From a virus (lineage: Duplodnaviria; Caudoviricetes), in the IMG/VR virus record IMGVR_UViG_3300006750_000012, positions 1 to 54,143 of that record: a DNA stretch of 54,143 nucleotides; one strand, 5' to 3'. The number at the start of each line of letters is the position of its first letter. Within the stretch, counting starts at the first letter, position 1. The notes below the pieces were generated by a model that was not told where the DNA came from, did not search any database, and was given only the letters and a program-made list of their open reading frames with translations. A program made the position numbers and the translations under genes. Of the stretch, positions 44,819-54,143 are shown piece after piece.

Positions 44819-46841
44819 CTGCTTTAATTACCAATCTAGGAGTGTAGTAAGGCATATGATCCGCGCTTCGAGTAGCACCTAAACTAACGTATAGGTCTGG
44901 ATCTTCTGAAAAGAATGCCATATTTAAATACTCAGTACCAGAGTTTCTATAGTTAGAATCATCAATGTACGACTGTAATAATGCTGTAACATCAATAAGT
45001 CTCTGATTTGGGGCAAATAGCCCCCAATTAAGATCTCCTGCACTGTCATAAGGATTATCTGCATCAAAATCTAATTCTATAGTGGAAGCATGTGTTTGCC
45101 ATGCATTAATATTACTTGGTAAATTACTTTGACTAAAAGGTGTAGTAGTTCTGCCCCCTCCATAGGAAGCTATTTTAAGTTCGGCAGTTCCCTGTTCAGT
45201 TAAACTAGTCCACTCTAATTGAATTTGTAGCCACGCTTGTTTAATTGTTGTACCTTGAGGAATAGTACTTATAGGATCAAAACTAAATCCAGCTATATAG
45301 CCACCATTATTAGATCCTGTACATAACGCTAAATGATTGGTGTCGTCCCAGGTACTGGCAGTTTCATCTCCAGACCAACTTCCATCCTCTGGACGACTAG
45401 TATACACTACATCTCTTAATAAATTAGTAGTTGCAGAATCCCAACGTTTTGTACCGTGCAGCATTTCGCCTTCAAAAACTACCTCATCTTCAGTATTTAT
45501 AAACTTGATCTCTGCTTTATCTGGCCAAAAGTCTATCTGACCAACTATATGCTGTTGTGTTGTATAATCTTCAGCAAAATGAACGTGTTGAGAAGCAGGC
45601 TCAGTACCTCTCCATGCATGAGTAACATCTGAACTAACAGCTCCTGCGCACATACCAACATATGCATGATCATAACCATTAGCCGCATTATATCCTAATA
45701 CATTATCATTGCCCATAATAAAGGCTTGGTGACCATCTCCACCAATAAAAATAACATTATTAACATCATTTGTAGCTATCCAATCCATAATACGATTTAA
45801 TTGAGTATTATATCTGGCCATTCCGTCACCACCGCCTGGTAAAAACGAGAAAGGAGGAGCTGGGTGATCTATCCAAGGCTTACTACACCCTATTAGAAAG
45901 TAATCTGGAGGTCCCATTTCAATACTATTAAGAATAGTATCATAAAACCATTGTTCTTGGGTGGGACTCAATATATTCTTATTAACATCATCAACATCAT
46001 CAATAGGACTTTTTTCTCCTATTTGATCAAGCATAATAAAATGTACATTTCCTACTCGTGCCTCAAAGTACATAACAGGATAATTTTGAACCGTAGCATT
46101 CGCCTCACCTCTACTAACCAAAGGAATGTATGGTGTAGTATTAGCATAAGGAGCATCTGGATGATACGCTTTAAATACATTATTAGCATCAATATAAACT
46201 TGATTTACTTCATATTGAGATTCCCAAAAAGAACCGGGAGGAAGGATATAATTATCATACATAGATTCCCCAGTATGATCATAATTATCTGGAGGAAACT
46301 CATGGTCATCTCTAGTCCAGTACGAAGGAATATTATGAGTAAGATCATCCATACCAGGTCTTTGAGAAAAGTTATAATGATGTGTTTGATATTCCGCAAG
46401 AGTAGGATGGCTTCCTCCTACTGTTATATTATTTAAATTAGAATCAGTAAGGTCTTGATTAAAAGCAAGAACACCTGTAGTATATGGGTTATCTCCTAAC
46501 CAAATAAAAGCAGAAGGGTTATGCTTTTTAATAAGAGGGCCAAACTCCATATCAATATAAGATTGAGCACAATGACCAAACATAATACGCACAGGTGTAC
46601 CATCAAGAGGCATACATTTACCTGCTCCAGTAATTGTTCCGTCTAAAGTAAATGGCCATGTTCTTCCTTTCTCGGGCAAAACATTCGTAATTGCCCATCC
46701 AGTATAATCCAAACCATCGGTTTGAATATAATAATCTGTACCATTTACTGACCATGTAATTGTTTCATCTTGATCAGATTTAACCCAAATCGAAAATTGA
46801 TCTTCAGTTGCATGACCAAGTCTCCATAGTTGTACTGCCAT
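44811..46841 (-). CDS. PhoD-like phosphatase domain fused to a C-terminal beta-sandwich
   Basis: FGHCA, WLGDNPY, DDHEF, MLDQ, QEQWF, GDGH. Confidence 0.75.
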   Translation of the reverse strand: MAVQLWRLGHATEDQFSIWVKSDQDETITWSVNGTDYYIQTDGLDYTGWAITNVLPEKGRTWPFTLDGTITGAGKCMPLDGTPVRIMFGHCAQSYIDMEFGPLIKKHNPSAFIWLGDNPYTTGVLAFNQDLTDSNLNNITVGGSHPTLAEYQTHHYNFSQRPGMDDLTHNIPSYWTRDDHEFPPDNYDHTGESMYDNYILPPGSFWESQYEVNQVYIDANNVFKAYHPDAPYANTTPYIPLVSRGEANATVQNYPVMYFEARVGNVHFIMLDQIGEKSPIDDVDDVNKNILSPTQEQWFYDTILNSIEMGPPDYFLIGCSKPWIDHPAPPFSFLPGGGDGMARYNTQLNRIMDWIATNDVNNVIFIGGDGHQAFIMGNDNVLGYNAANGYDHAYVGMCAGAVSSDVTHAWRGTEPASQHVHFAEDYTTQQHIVGQIDFWPDKAEIKFINTEDEVVFEGEMLHGTKRWDSATTNLLRDVVYTSRPEDGSWSGDETASTWDDTNHLALCTGSNNGGYIAGFSFDPISTIPQGTTIKQAWLQIQLEWTSLTEQGTAELKIASYGGGRTTTPFSQSNLPSNINAWQTHASTIELDFDADNPYDSAGDLNWGLFAPNQRLIDVTALLQSYIDDSNYRNSGTEYLNMAFFSEDPDLYVSLGATRSADHMPYYTPRLVIKADV

Positions 46842-47659
46842 TATATATTACTCTCAACAATAATTTTAATAGCTGTAGGAGGAAATGTATCTCTATTTTC
46901 TGATAGTTCTCTCATTATAGTATCATACTTGTCTCGATGATCCCCCTTAAGTCTAGTCACAAACATAGTACTAGTTTCAAAATCATTATTAGTTCCTTCA
47001 TTTAAATTATGTGTAATCGTATCTCTAGCAGGATCGCAACAAGATGCCCAAAATGTTATACCCGCTTTCGGATCACATAAGATAGGGGTTGTAGGTAAGC
47101 CCTTACTCTGACGTCTAGAACCGTCTAGCCAAAATTCAACCCATGTTTTTCCATTTAATCTAGTTATAATAGTACCCACATGGAATCTTCCACTAGTTTT
47201 TAGATAATCAGGGTGTCCCATAGCATAAGGATCTTTCCACCATCCTCCAATACTGAACCAAGCTTGGCGTAAGGGGGTCCCATTCGCTCCGGGTGGAGTT
47301 ACCCAGAACTGAAAATCTGATCCAAGGTCTGTACCGCCTATTGTTAGACTATATCCTCCATAATTTTCAGTCGGATCATCTTGTCCATAGTGCCAAGCTC
47401 CAGTATCCCATAAAACATTAAGTTGATCTATTAAACTTTCTGGGTCAGAAATTAATACATGAGTAGCGATAATAATAGCACCATTTAAATCTGAAGTTCC
47501 AAATATACCTCTTCTAAGTGCAGCGTATTCATCTGCAGCAGGTTTCATCCATCTATCCTGCCCCACATAAGGAGGAGAATTAGTAGGAGTAATAGATTCA
47601 TTAACTAAAGTGTTATTATTTCCATAGTGGAAATAGCTATTATCATTACTAATTGACAT
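46841..47659 (-). CDS. Hypothetical, possibly LamG/concanavalin-like virion protein
   Basis: Aromatic, beta-rich; FHVG..T, FWLDG. Confidence 0.55.
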   Translation of the reverse strand: MSISNDNSYFHYGNNNTLVNESITPTNSPPYVGQDRWMKPAADEYAALRRGIFGTSDLNGAIIIATHVLISDPESLIDQLNVLWDTGAWHYGQDDPTENYGGYSLTIGGTDLGSDFQFWVTPPGANGTPLRQAWFSIGGWWKDPYAMGHPDYLKTSGRFHVGTIITRLNGKTWVEFWLDGSRRQSKGLPTTPILCDPKAGITFWASCCDPARDTITHNLNEGTNNDFETSTMFVTRLKGDHRDKYDTIMRELSENRDTFPPTAIKIIVESNI

Positions 47660-48559
47660 TTAATACTCCCAAGTAAAGGGTACTAGTGGAGTCCACTTTT
47701 TCATTAAATACTTATGTATACTGCTTGACTCTGGCTGAGATAATTGTCTCTGATACATTAGAATCTCACCTACATCCATAGGCTGCCAATCCATATGTGA
47801 TGGAGTGTAAGCCCAACCTGCGCCTACACCTAATCTTAGATAATCAGGGTCAATCTCCGTTGTATCATCATTATATCCAGAACCAACTAGCTGATGGTCT
47901 ACCCATATTTGAACATCATTAATAGTTGGGTAACCTATTTTTAATTCTACTACGTGAAAGGCTGAAGTAAGATCTCCTCCGGCATTATCTGTATTACCCG
48001 TTTGAATTATTCCATTAGAAGTGTTAGGTAAACCCTTGCTATATCTAACACCATCACCTGCATGTAAGGCGTAATCATTTCCAAATGAATATCCTGCATA
48101 ACTATCCCAAGGCGGATGAGTAGTTTCACCCATTCCTATTATTGTACCATTAGTACTGCTCTGTACTAACTTTAATACCATGAATAAATGGTGATATGAG
48201 GATGGCGGAGCGATTACGGCAGCGTATTCTGTTGTTTGAGCCAATGCTTGGTCTGTACCATTAAATCTTACTACAGGTAAACCATTTTGTACATTTGTAT
48301 GATAAGTTGGAAGTTGATAATCCCAGTTTTCTGTACTATTATCAATATCATATCTAAAACTAGCATTTCCCACCTCTGGTTGAAGTTCGCTATACCATAT
48401 AGCTACCGGATCGTTATTATTAACTGCAATCATGGTATTTGCGCCACTGGAATCCTTTGACATACTACTTGATGAAGTAGCATCATACCACCTTACAGGA
48501 TCAGGAATAGCTTCGTATTGAGTTAACCGTATAGCTAAATCATGTGTTATAATTGTCAT
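47660..48559 (-). CDS. LamG-like virion/tail protein
   Basis: WYDA, NGLPVVRFNG, DVGEILMY.R.LS..E...I.KYL.KKW. Confidence 0.65.
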   Translation of the reverse strand: MTIITHDLAIRLTQYEAIPDPVRWYDATSSSSMSKDSSGANTMIAVNNNDPVAIWYSELQPEVGNASFRYDIDNSTENWDYQLPTYHTNVQNGLPVVRFNGTDQALAQTTEYAAVIAPPSSYHHLFMVLKLVQSSTNGTIIGMGETTHPPWDSYAGYSFGNDYALHAGDGVRYSKGLPNTSNGIIQTGNTDNAGGDLTSAFHVVELKIGYPTINDVQIWVDHQLVGSGYNDDTTEIDPDYLRLGVGAGWAYTPSHMDWQPMDVGEILMYQRQLSQPESSSIHKYLMKKWTPLVPFTWEY

Positions 48560-48561
48560 TT

Positions 48562-49038
48562 TTATTCCTCGAATTCATTTATGCCAGATTCTGACATAAC
48601 TGTCCACTCGTTAGCTTCATAACAATATAAATTAACCTGTGAATTCTTTGCTAACATTGCTAAATATTTTCCTTCTCCTGCAGGAGAATTACCTATTGTA
48701 TCTGCTGATGCAGGAGCAATCCTTACTTCGTAAGAACTACTACTACGCACAATAGAGTACTGTAACCCATTAACTGCGGGAGGTAATGTACAAGTAATAA
48801 GCCCCGAAGCACCAATATTAGTATAAGTACTTCCAGACTCTACGGCAGGTATTAATATATTTCCTGCTTCGTCATGAACAACTCCGCCAGCTACGCCACT
48901 TATAAAGCTTTTTAAATTATCTAAAGTTACCTGAAAGCTAACACCATCAGCAGGTTCTTGACCTTCAAATAATTCAGTTCCTACCAAACTACCGATTTTT
49001 GCGGGGATTTCGTAAATTGTTTTTTCAACAATAGCCAT
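48562..49038 (-). CDS. Tail-fibre-associated hypothetical protein
   Basis: TCTLPPA..GL.Y, I.P...DTI; late operon. Confidence 0.6.
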   Translation of the reverse strand: MAIVEKTIYEIPAKIGSLVGTELFEGQEPADGVSFQVTLDNLKSFISGVAGGVVHDEAGNILIPAVESGSTYTNIGASGLITCTLPPAVNGLQYSIVRSSSSYEVRIAPASADTIGNSPAGEGKYLAMLAKNSQVNLYCYEANEWTVMSESGINEFEE

Positions 49039-49166
49039 TATTGAACATCCTCTGGTCTTATAAGTTTTCGTACTGAACCATCACTAGTAACTCTACGGTG
49101 GCCACGACCTGTTTTTCTATAAAAAGGAACAAATACCAACTTTATAATGCCTTTAATTAATGCCAT
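49038..49166 (-). CDS. Small protein (42 aa, not in track)
   Basis: GAGGTG RBS; TAATG coupling. Confidence 0.55.
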   Translation of the reverse strand: MALIKGIIKLVFVPFYRKTGRGHRRVTSDGSVRKLIRPEDVQ

Positions 49167-49182
49167 CTTTCCACACCTCTTT

Positions 49183-49386
49183 TCATTCTATTTGACCCCT
49201 CACTAACCCTGCTACAAGCAAGGTAATGCGTAACATCATATTATCTTTTTGCTGCGCAGTAGCTTTATTATTCCACCAATTAATAATCTCCTCCGGAGAC
49301 CTAGTTAATAGATTACGTATCATGGGGTCTTTACGCATCTTTTGTAAGCACCTTTGTGCATTGTCGCCCTGTAATGTTATCTTCAT
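49183..49386 (-). CDS. Hypothetical protein
   Basis: ATGA overlap. Confidence 0.6.
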   Translation of the reverse strand: MKITLQGDNAQRCLQKMRKDPMIRNLLTRSPEEIINWWNNKATAQQKDNMMLRITLLVAGLVRGQIE

Positions 49387-49808
49387 ACTGCTTCAACTAT
49401 AAATGAAATTCTTTTTTCTGGAAAAGATTCAATAGTAATTGTATACTTCCCTTCCGTATCTGTAGAAAAATCTAATGTTGTATCGCTTACATCGCCATAG
49501 GCATATACAGAGCCTCTAATAGTATAAGTAGAACCTAGTGGGATATTGGTAATATTAGCTTCATCTATGCCGTCTGCAGTAATTTCATCATCCCCCACTG
49601 CTAATATAGCAGTATTATCTGGTCTATCTATAATAGCTTCATCACTAAGATTTATATATTGGTCAGACTGCCTTATACCGTCTTCACTATGTGTGATACC
49701 AGTAGTACCTACTACATATGCCTGTAAAGGTACTGCTGAAAGAGGACAAACCCCATCTTTTAATATTTTTCCTGTATTATTATCATACACTAAATATGCT
49801 GAACTCAT
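49383..49808 (-). CDS. Tail-associated hypothetical protein
   Basis: Directly follows the central fibre; VYD..TG.I. Confidence 0.6.
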   Translation of the reverse strand: MSSAYLVYDNNTGKILKDGVCPLSAVPLQAYVVGTTGITHSEDGIRQSDQYINLSDEAIIDRPDNTAILAVGDDEITADGIDEANITNIPLGSTYTIRGSVYAYGDVSDTTLDFSTDTEGKYTITIESFPEKRISFIVEAV

Positions 49809-49815
49809 TATTATT

Positions 49816-52800
49816 TTACCTTTTCATAAACTGTGCAAGCATGCTTCGCTCTCGCATTTCAGAGTAAACCGTCTGCTCTTCCCAAGGACCAATGGATCTA
49901 AACTCGAATTTATAAATACAGGCTCCAGCTTGGGCAACATGGGATCGTGCTCTATAAACAGCTGATTCACCATCGTAATCCACTTGGGGCCAAGTATATA
50001 CAGTAAAGAAATTACCATCGTCTACTTTAAGCCGTAATCGAAATTGCGTATACCCATATTGCAGCATACCATCGGACGGGTCCCAAACTATACCACCTAA
50101 CGTAAGGTGAATATGTTGCCCACTTGCTACCTCGGGGACTTCAATAGGTAATGATACTGCTTCTTCCCACGGCCCATACCGTTCGTTGGCAGCACAATGT
50201 GACACTACCTTTCCCTCAACATAAGCATCAGCAGGAAATATTACCGCATTACCTTCAATCATTAGTGTACTAACGCTGGCATCGACAATATGAGATTCTA
50301 AATAATTGATCTGTTTTCCAGCAATATGCTCGGCGAAAATAATCCTAGGCAAAGGATCCCCTGGTTGAACATAAGTAGAATGCTCAAATGGTATTGAAGA
50401 CATTGATCTAGCTGTAGGACTAATTACTGCTTGATCTACTGCATTATCGGTGCTTGTTTCATAAGTACCTATAACGACCATAGTATCGGTAGGAACAAAA
50501 TCAGTCCAAGCATCAGGAGCGATAGTATGACTACCGTCATCATACCAGAACTTATCCGGATTCCTAGTTCTTACAACACATCCAATATCTTTTCTAGTAC
50601 CTGGATGATTAAAAGGTTCACCTCCAGCAGTTTCAAATACAATCCAGCCAATAGAAGGGGCTTGATGTATGCCCCAAGGATCCAGTCTCGTTCCTGCGGC
50701 TCTTATTGAACCTGCATTTACAGTATATTCATTTCCATCATAAAATACACTACCAGGACCGTCGACAGGAGTACCATTAGCATCAAAACCATGAACATAT
50801 AAGTTTCCAGTAGAAGAATCCCCTGTTGGATATGGACTAGGAAAACTAGCTCTATTTCTCAAAACAGTTATTACTCTGTCACCCGGAGGTCCTGATGTAC
50901 CATCAAATAATACAACCCAGTTTTCAGAAAGTGTAACTGTTAATCCAGATACAGCAGTATATGTTACAGTAATATTCGCGGTTCCACCGGCGTCATATGG
51001 GTATGACATCGGTGTAACTGCATTAATTTCAATATCAAAATTACCTCCATATGGAGTATATGGATCCTCTAAATCAACAGATAAAGTTCCGTCTTGTTGA
51101 TCTAATATTATAGTGAAATCTTGTTTAGCCTCTAATATTCCTGAGTTCCATATTTCATAAGAGGGAGTTTCATCAGTAGTATCAACCCATTGGCCTTGAC
51201 TATCTTGTTTCCAAAGTAACTTTCCAATACCGGACGTAAATGCTACTAAGGTCTGATCTGTTGCGTCTGCTAAAGTGATAGTATCATGGATAATATCATC
51301 TTCGCCAGACTGCACTGTAGCTAGATATACGGTTAAATTACCCGAAATATCTGATCTAGTAATTGGATCCCAGAGATATTCATTTCCTACTCCGGGAGGA
51401 GATACTAAGTCACCTGCACTGTCTTTTATATAAAACTGAATATCACCAGAGGTTAATTCAAATGGATCAATATTTTTATGAGCAGCAGTTGCTTGAATAC
51501 CAAGTGTAATATCTTGTTCAGTAATACCCGTACCACGAAGCGGTCTGATATAGTATGTGTATATAGGATCTAACTGCCCCTCTACCCCTGGGTCCGTTAG
51601 TGCGGGATACCATGCATTAGGATCGCTTTCATCCGCACCATTACCAGAAGTATCAGTAACAGAGGTCCAAATATACCAAGGATCATAATCAATAGGAACA
51701 ATACTGAATTCAATTATTTTACTAGCATCTAATAATCTGGAAAAATCCCTAGCTATATCAAATAAATAAGTTTGACTTTCAGCCCCAAATGGATCATTTT
51801 GATTCTTACTAGCCAGTAAGGCTACGTGTGCATTGTCTCGCTCACTATTAGTTGTTAGATCAAGAATTGCAGTAAAAAAATCAGCGCCCTTTTCAACTTC
51901 AATAGTTAAACCACTAGGCACAGGAGGGGCTATATCATCAATATGTATTGGATACCCATAGCCATCCGCTGGAGCACTTAAAGAATCCATATAATAAGAC
52001 CAGTCAGAGTAATTACCATTAACACCCTTTGCTCTAACTCTGAAATCATATCTTACTACTTTGCTAGTAGCCTGAGAATCTAATAATAGTGCCGAATCTA
52101 AGCTCTGGCTACTATTATCTAATCCTACTATTTCTACATGGCCTTGAAGTTCATTATATCCGTAAACTTCTTCTTTTAAAGGAACATTTCCATATGGAAT
52201 CCAGTTTGCTACTCGATTCTCTGCTACGTCTTCTTCATCACTTAAAGTACTATCAATAACTTGACCATACTCTAACTGATAATGACTTGTACTTGTAAAA
52301 CCCTCAATTTGAATAGATTGATTAGATTGATTAGGAGAAGATTCCCAATTCAATGTAGTAATTAGTTGAAGTCCACTATCATCCTTAATTCTATAAAAAG
52401 AAGATATAGGAAGAATTGTACTATCTACTGTAATATCCCAGATAGGCTCCACAGGCTTAGCAGTCAGATAGTTAAGATCAAGACTTGTTCCTGCAACTGC
52501 ATCGTCAGGAATAGCTTGTCCATTTAAGAACTCGTAAAATAATCCGCTTTCTTCAATAAAGCTAACGTCTACTGTTAAATTTTCGTTGAGATTCATGGCA
52601 GTAATTTTAAATTGCTTAGGGCCTAATCCAGTATAATTTGGATCTAGAGCCTCCCAATGCATCTCTTGTGACCAACCCATTAATTCGTTGGTCATATATA
52701 CTCTATCACCAACAGAAAACTTAAACATATCTAATTTAAAGTTACCGCTGACAACTATACTTCTTCTAGATTTTTCTAAGTGAACTTTTGCTAAACGTTG

Positions 52801-54141
52801 GGCTTCGAACTCATTAGTTGTAAATGGGAAATCGAATGTTTTAATTCGTTCTTCGCCATCTTCTACTTCATAGGGATTATTTCCTTGACCATCGTCTGCG
52901 TCTACAACAGGAAATTCGGTAGCTTCATATTGTGGATATCCGCGTAATCGCTTATTAACAGGAACTTCCTGCCTATGTTCATTCCAAACAAACTCTTCCT
53001 GATCTAGAAAAGCTCTTACATAGGTTCCTTCAGCTTTATTAAATAAATCTTTTAAAGGTACACTAGTTGTTACAGTTAATCCGCCTTCTGCTAACCAGCT
53101 TTCATCTATATGATCGTTAATATCGCTTGGAGGTTTATATACTCCTGCAACAATTTTCCAAGCTCCTTGCGCGAATACAGCATAACCTGCTCCTTCTTTA
53201 AGCATAGCTTCAAAAATATCTAATGGGGTATTATTAGTCTGTAGAACGGCATTAATAGTATATCTTGGAATTGATACTGGGTTTCTTTGTAATCCTGTAA
53301 AAAGTTCTAACCACCAATCATATACTGCTGGTGGAGGTGATCTATCATCAATATCGTAGCTAAGGAATCCTTGAGTTACTCCTTCTCCCGCATCTCTAAT
53401 GGCATCTGCTACTGAATCCCAATCTAACTCACTAACTGCATGAGTTTGAGGATATCCGCCAGAAACAGGACCGTTAACTTTCAGTTTCATACCATAATGC
53501 TGATCTTTCATATAATCAGCAATACAGGCTGCCCAGTTATCTGTCCATTTCCATGTAGCAGGATTATCAAATCTCTGACTACCATCAATTTGATTACTAG
53601 GAGCAAAAATATTTGTTCCTGGTACAGAAAGATTATCATCCTCGCTATCTTCTTGTCCACGGGCTCTATGCCAAGATTTTTCTATCTGACCCTCATCTAC
53701 GCGTCCAATAGCCGCGTCCGCTGCTGGATCATAGTAATCTGTAGTGTCATCATCAGTGGGATCATATACACGTTTACCCCTTACTAGGTATCGAATATTT
53801 GGAATACTTTGTCTCCAAGACTGTTCCGCGTTGTAATTAAGTTTAATATAAACGTGAGCGCAATTTGTTAGTCTATGGTTAACAGTCCACTTTTCGTGTT
53901 CTCCATTAATACTACTATTACTTGCTTGTAAGCTTCTTACATCATCTACAGGATCGGGGTAAAGGACCGTGTACACTGTCTGCTGATCATTAAAACCACA
54001 TCGGTCTGACTGCTCAATAAACTGTGAAATACGCTTTTGATTTTTAATGTCTCCAGAAAACCAATTTTCTGACAATAAATCTGGATCTGCAGGATTAGGA
54101 ACATAATCAGTATTAGCAGCTGCCCAACCATTAACCTTAAT
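49816..54141 (-). CDS. Central tail fibre / tip attachment protein J-like (5' end outside window)
   Basis: Frame open to the window edge; VRGKRVYDP, WTDNWAAC.ADY, AQRLAK..L..SR, FN3-like YDFRVRA...S.WS. Confidence 0.85.
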   Translation of the reverse strand: MKVNGWAAANTDYVPNPADPDLLSENWFSGDIKNQKRISQFIEQSDRCGFNDQQTVYTVLYPDPVDDVRSLQASNSSINGEHEKWTVNHRLTNCAHVYIKLNYNAEQSWRQSIPNIRYLVRGKRVYDPTDDDTTDYYDPAADAAIGRVDEGQIEKSWHRARGQEDSEDDNLSVPGTNIFAPSNQIDGSQRFDNPATWKWTDNWAACIADYMKDQHYGMKLKVNGPVSGGYPQTHAVSELDWDSVADAIRDAGEGVTQGFLSYDIDDRSPPPAVYDWWLELFTGLQRNPVSIPRYTINAVLQTNNTPLDIFEAMLKEGAGYAVFAQGAWKIVAGVYKPPSDINDHIDESWLAEGGLTVTTSVPLKDLFNKAEGTYVRAFLDQEEFVWNEHRQEVPVNKRLRGYPQYEATEFPVVDADDGQGNNPYEVEDGEERIKTFDFPFTTNEFEAQRLAKVHLEKSRRSIVVSGNFKLDMFKFSVGDRVYMTNELMGWSQEMHWEALDPNYTGLGPKQFKITAMNLNENLTVDVSFIEESGLFYEFLNGQAIPDDAVAGTSLDLNYLTAKPVEPIWDITVDSTILPISSFYRIKDDSGLQLITTLNWESSPNQSNQSIQIEGFTSTSHYQLEYGQVIDSTLSDEEDVAENRVANWIPYGNVPLKEEVYGYNELQGHVEIVGLDNSSQSLDSALLLDSQATSKVVRYDFRVRAKGVNGNYSDWSYYMDSLSAPADGYGYPIHIDDIAPPVPSGLTIEVEKGADFFTAILDLTTNSERDNAHVALLASKNQNDPFGAESQTYLFDIARDFSRLLDASKIIEFSIVPIDYDPWYIWTSVTDTSGNGADESDPNAWYPALTDPGVEGQLDPIYTYYIRPLRGTGITEQDITLGIQATAAHKNIDPFELTSGDIQFYIKDSAGDLVSPPGVGNEYLWDPITRSDISGNLTVYLATVQSGEDDIIHDTITLADATDQTLVAFTSGIGKLLWKQDSQGQWVDTTDETPSYEIWNSGILEAKQDFTIILDQQDGTLSVDLEDPYTPYGGNFDIEINAVTPMSYPYDAGGTANITVTYTAVSGLTVTLSENWVVLFDGTSGPPGDRVITVLRNRASFPSPYPTGDSSTGNLYVHGFDANGTPVDGPGSVFYDGNEYTVNAGSIRAAGTRLDPWGIHQAPSIGWIVFETAGGEPFNHPGTRKDIGCVVRTRNPDKFWYDDGSHTIAPDAWTDFVPTDTMVVIGTYETSTDNAVDQAVISPTARSMSSIPFEHSTYVQPGDPLPRIIFAEHIAGKQINYLESHIVDASVSTLMIEGNAVIFPADAYVEGKVVSHCAANERYGPWEEAVSLPIEVPEVASGQHIHLTLGGIVWDPSDGMLQYGYTQFRLRLKVDDGNFFTVYTWPQVDYDGESAVYRARSHVAQAGACIYKFEFRSIGPWEEQTVYSEMRERSMLAQFMKR

Positions 54142-54143
54142 AA

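Overview
This window is the left ~54 kb of a T5-like (Demerecviridae-like) siphophage genome. The host is probably a Gram-negative proteobacterium, inferred from PagL, outer-membrane beta-barrels, spanins and the tmRNA tag. Layout: (1) 1-2.9 kb: a repeat array, A2/D3-like DNA-binding paralogs and a conserved T5-type hypothetical gene. (2) 3-25 kb: an accessory region driven by perfect sigma70 promoters. It holds host-like envelope genes (TorF-type porin, PagL, OmpA-like barrel), a glycoside hydrolase, a dockerin protein, a C5 DNA methyltransferase, intact and degenerate tRNAs, a circularly permuted two-piece tmRNA, several unexplained structured-RNA islands rich in H-type pseudoknots, thyA, a glycosyl/sulfotransferase cluster and peptide deformylase. 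(3) 25-43.4 kb: the T5-order replication module (D3, split NAD ligase, D5, helicase, primase, PolA, D10-D15, dUTPase) ending in a class II ribonucleotide reductase. (4) 43.4-54.1 kb, minus strand: the end of the late operon (truncated central tail fibre, tail proteins, a PhoD-domain protein, endolysin, holin, spanins). The strongest unexplained signals are a strand-polarised 16-bp motif AGTRNYAAACAGGAAA, found in the left-end repeats and dispersed through intergenic and coding DNA, and tandem arrays of compact pseudoknots. All calls come from reading the sequence and recalling family motifs. No searches or folding programs were run.
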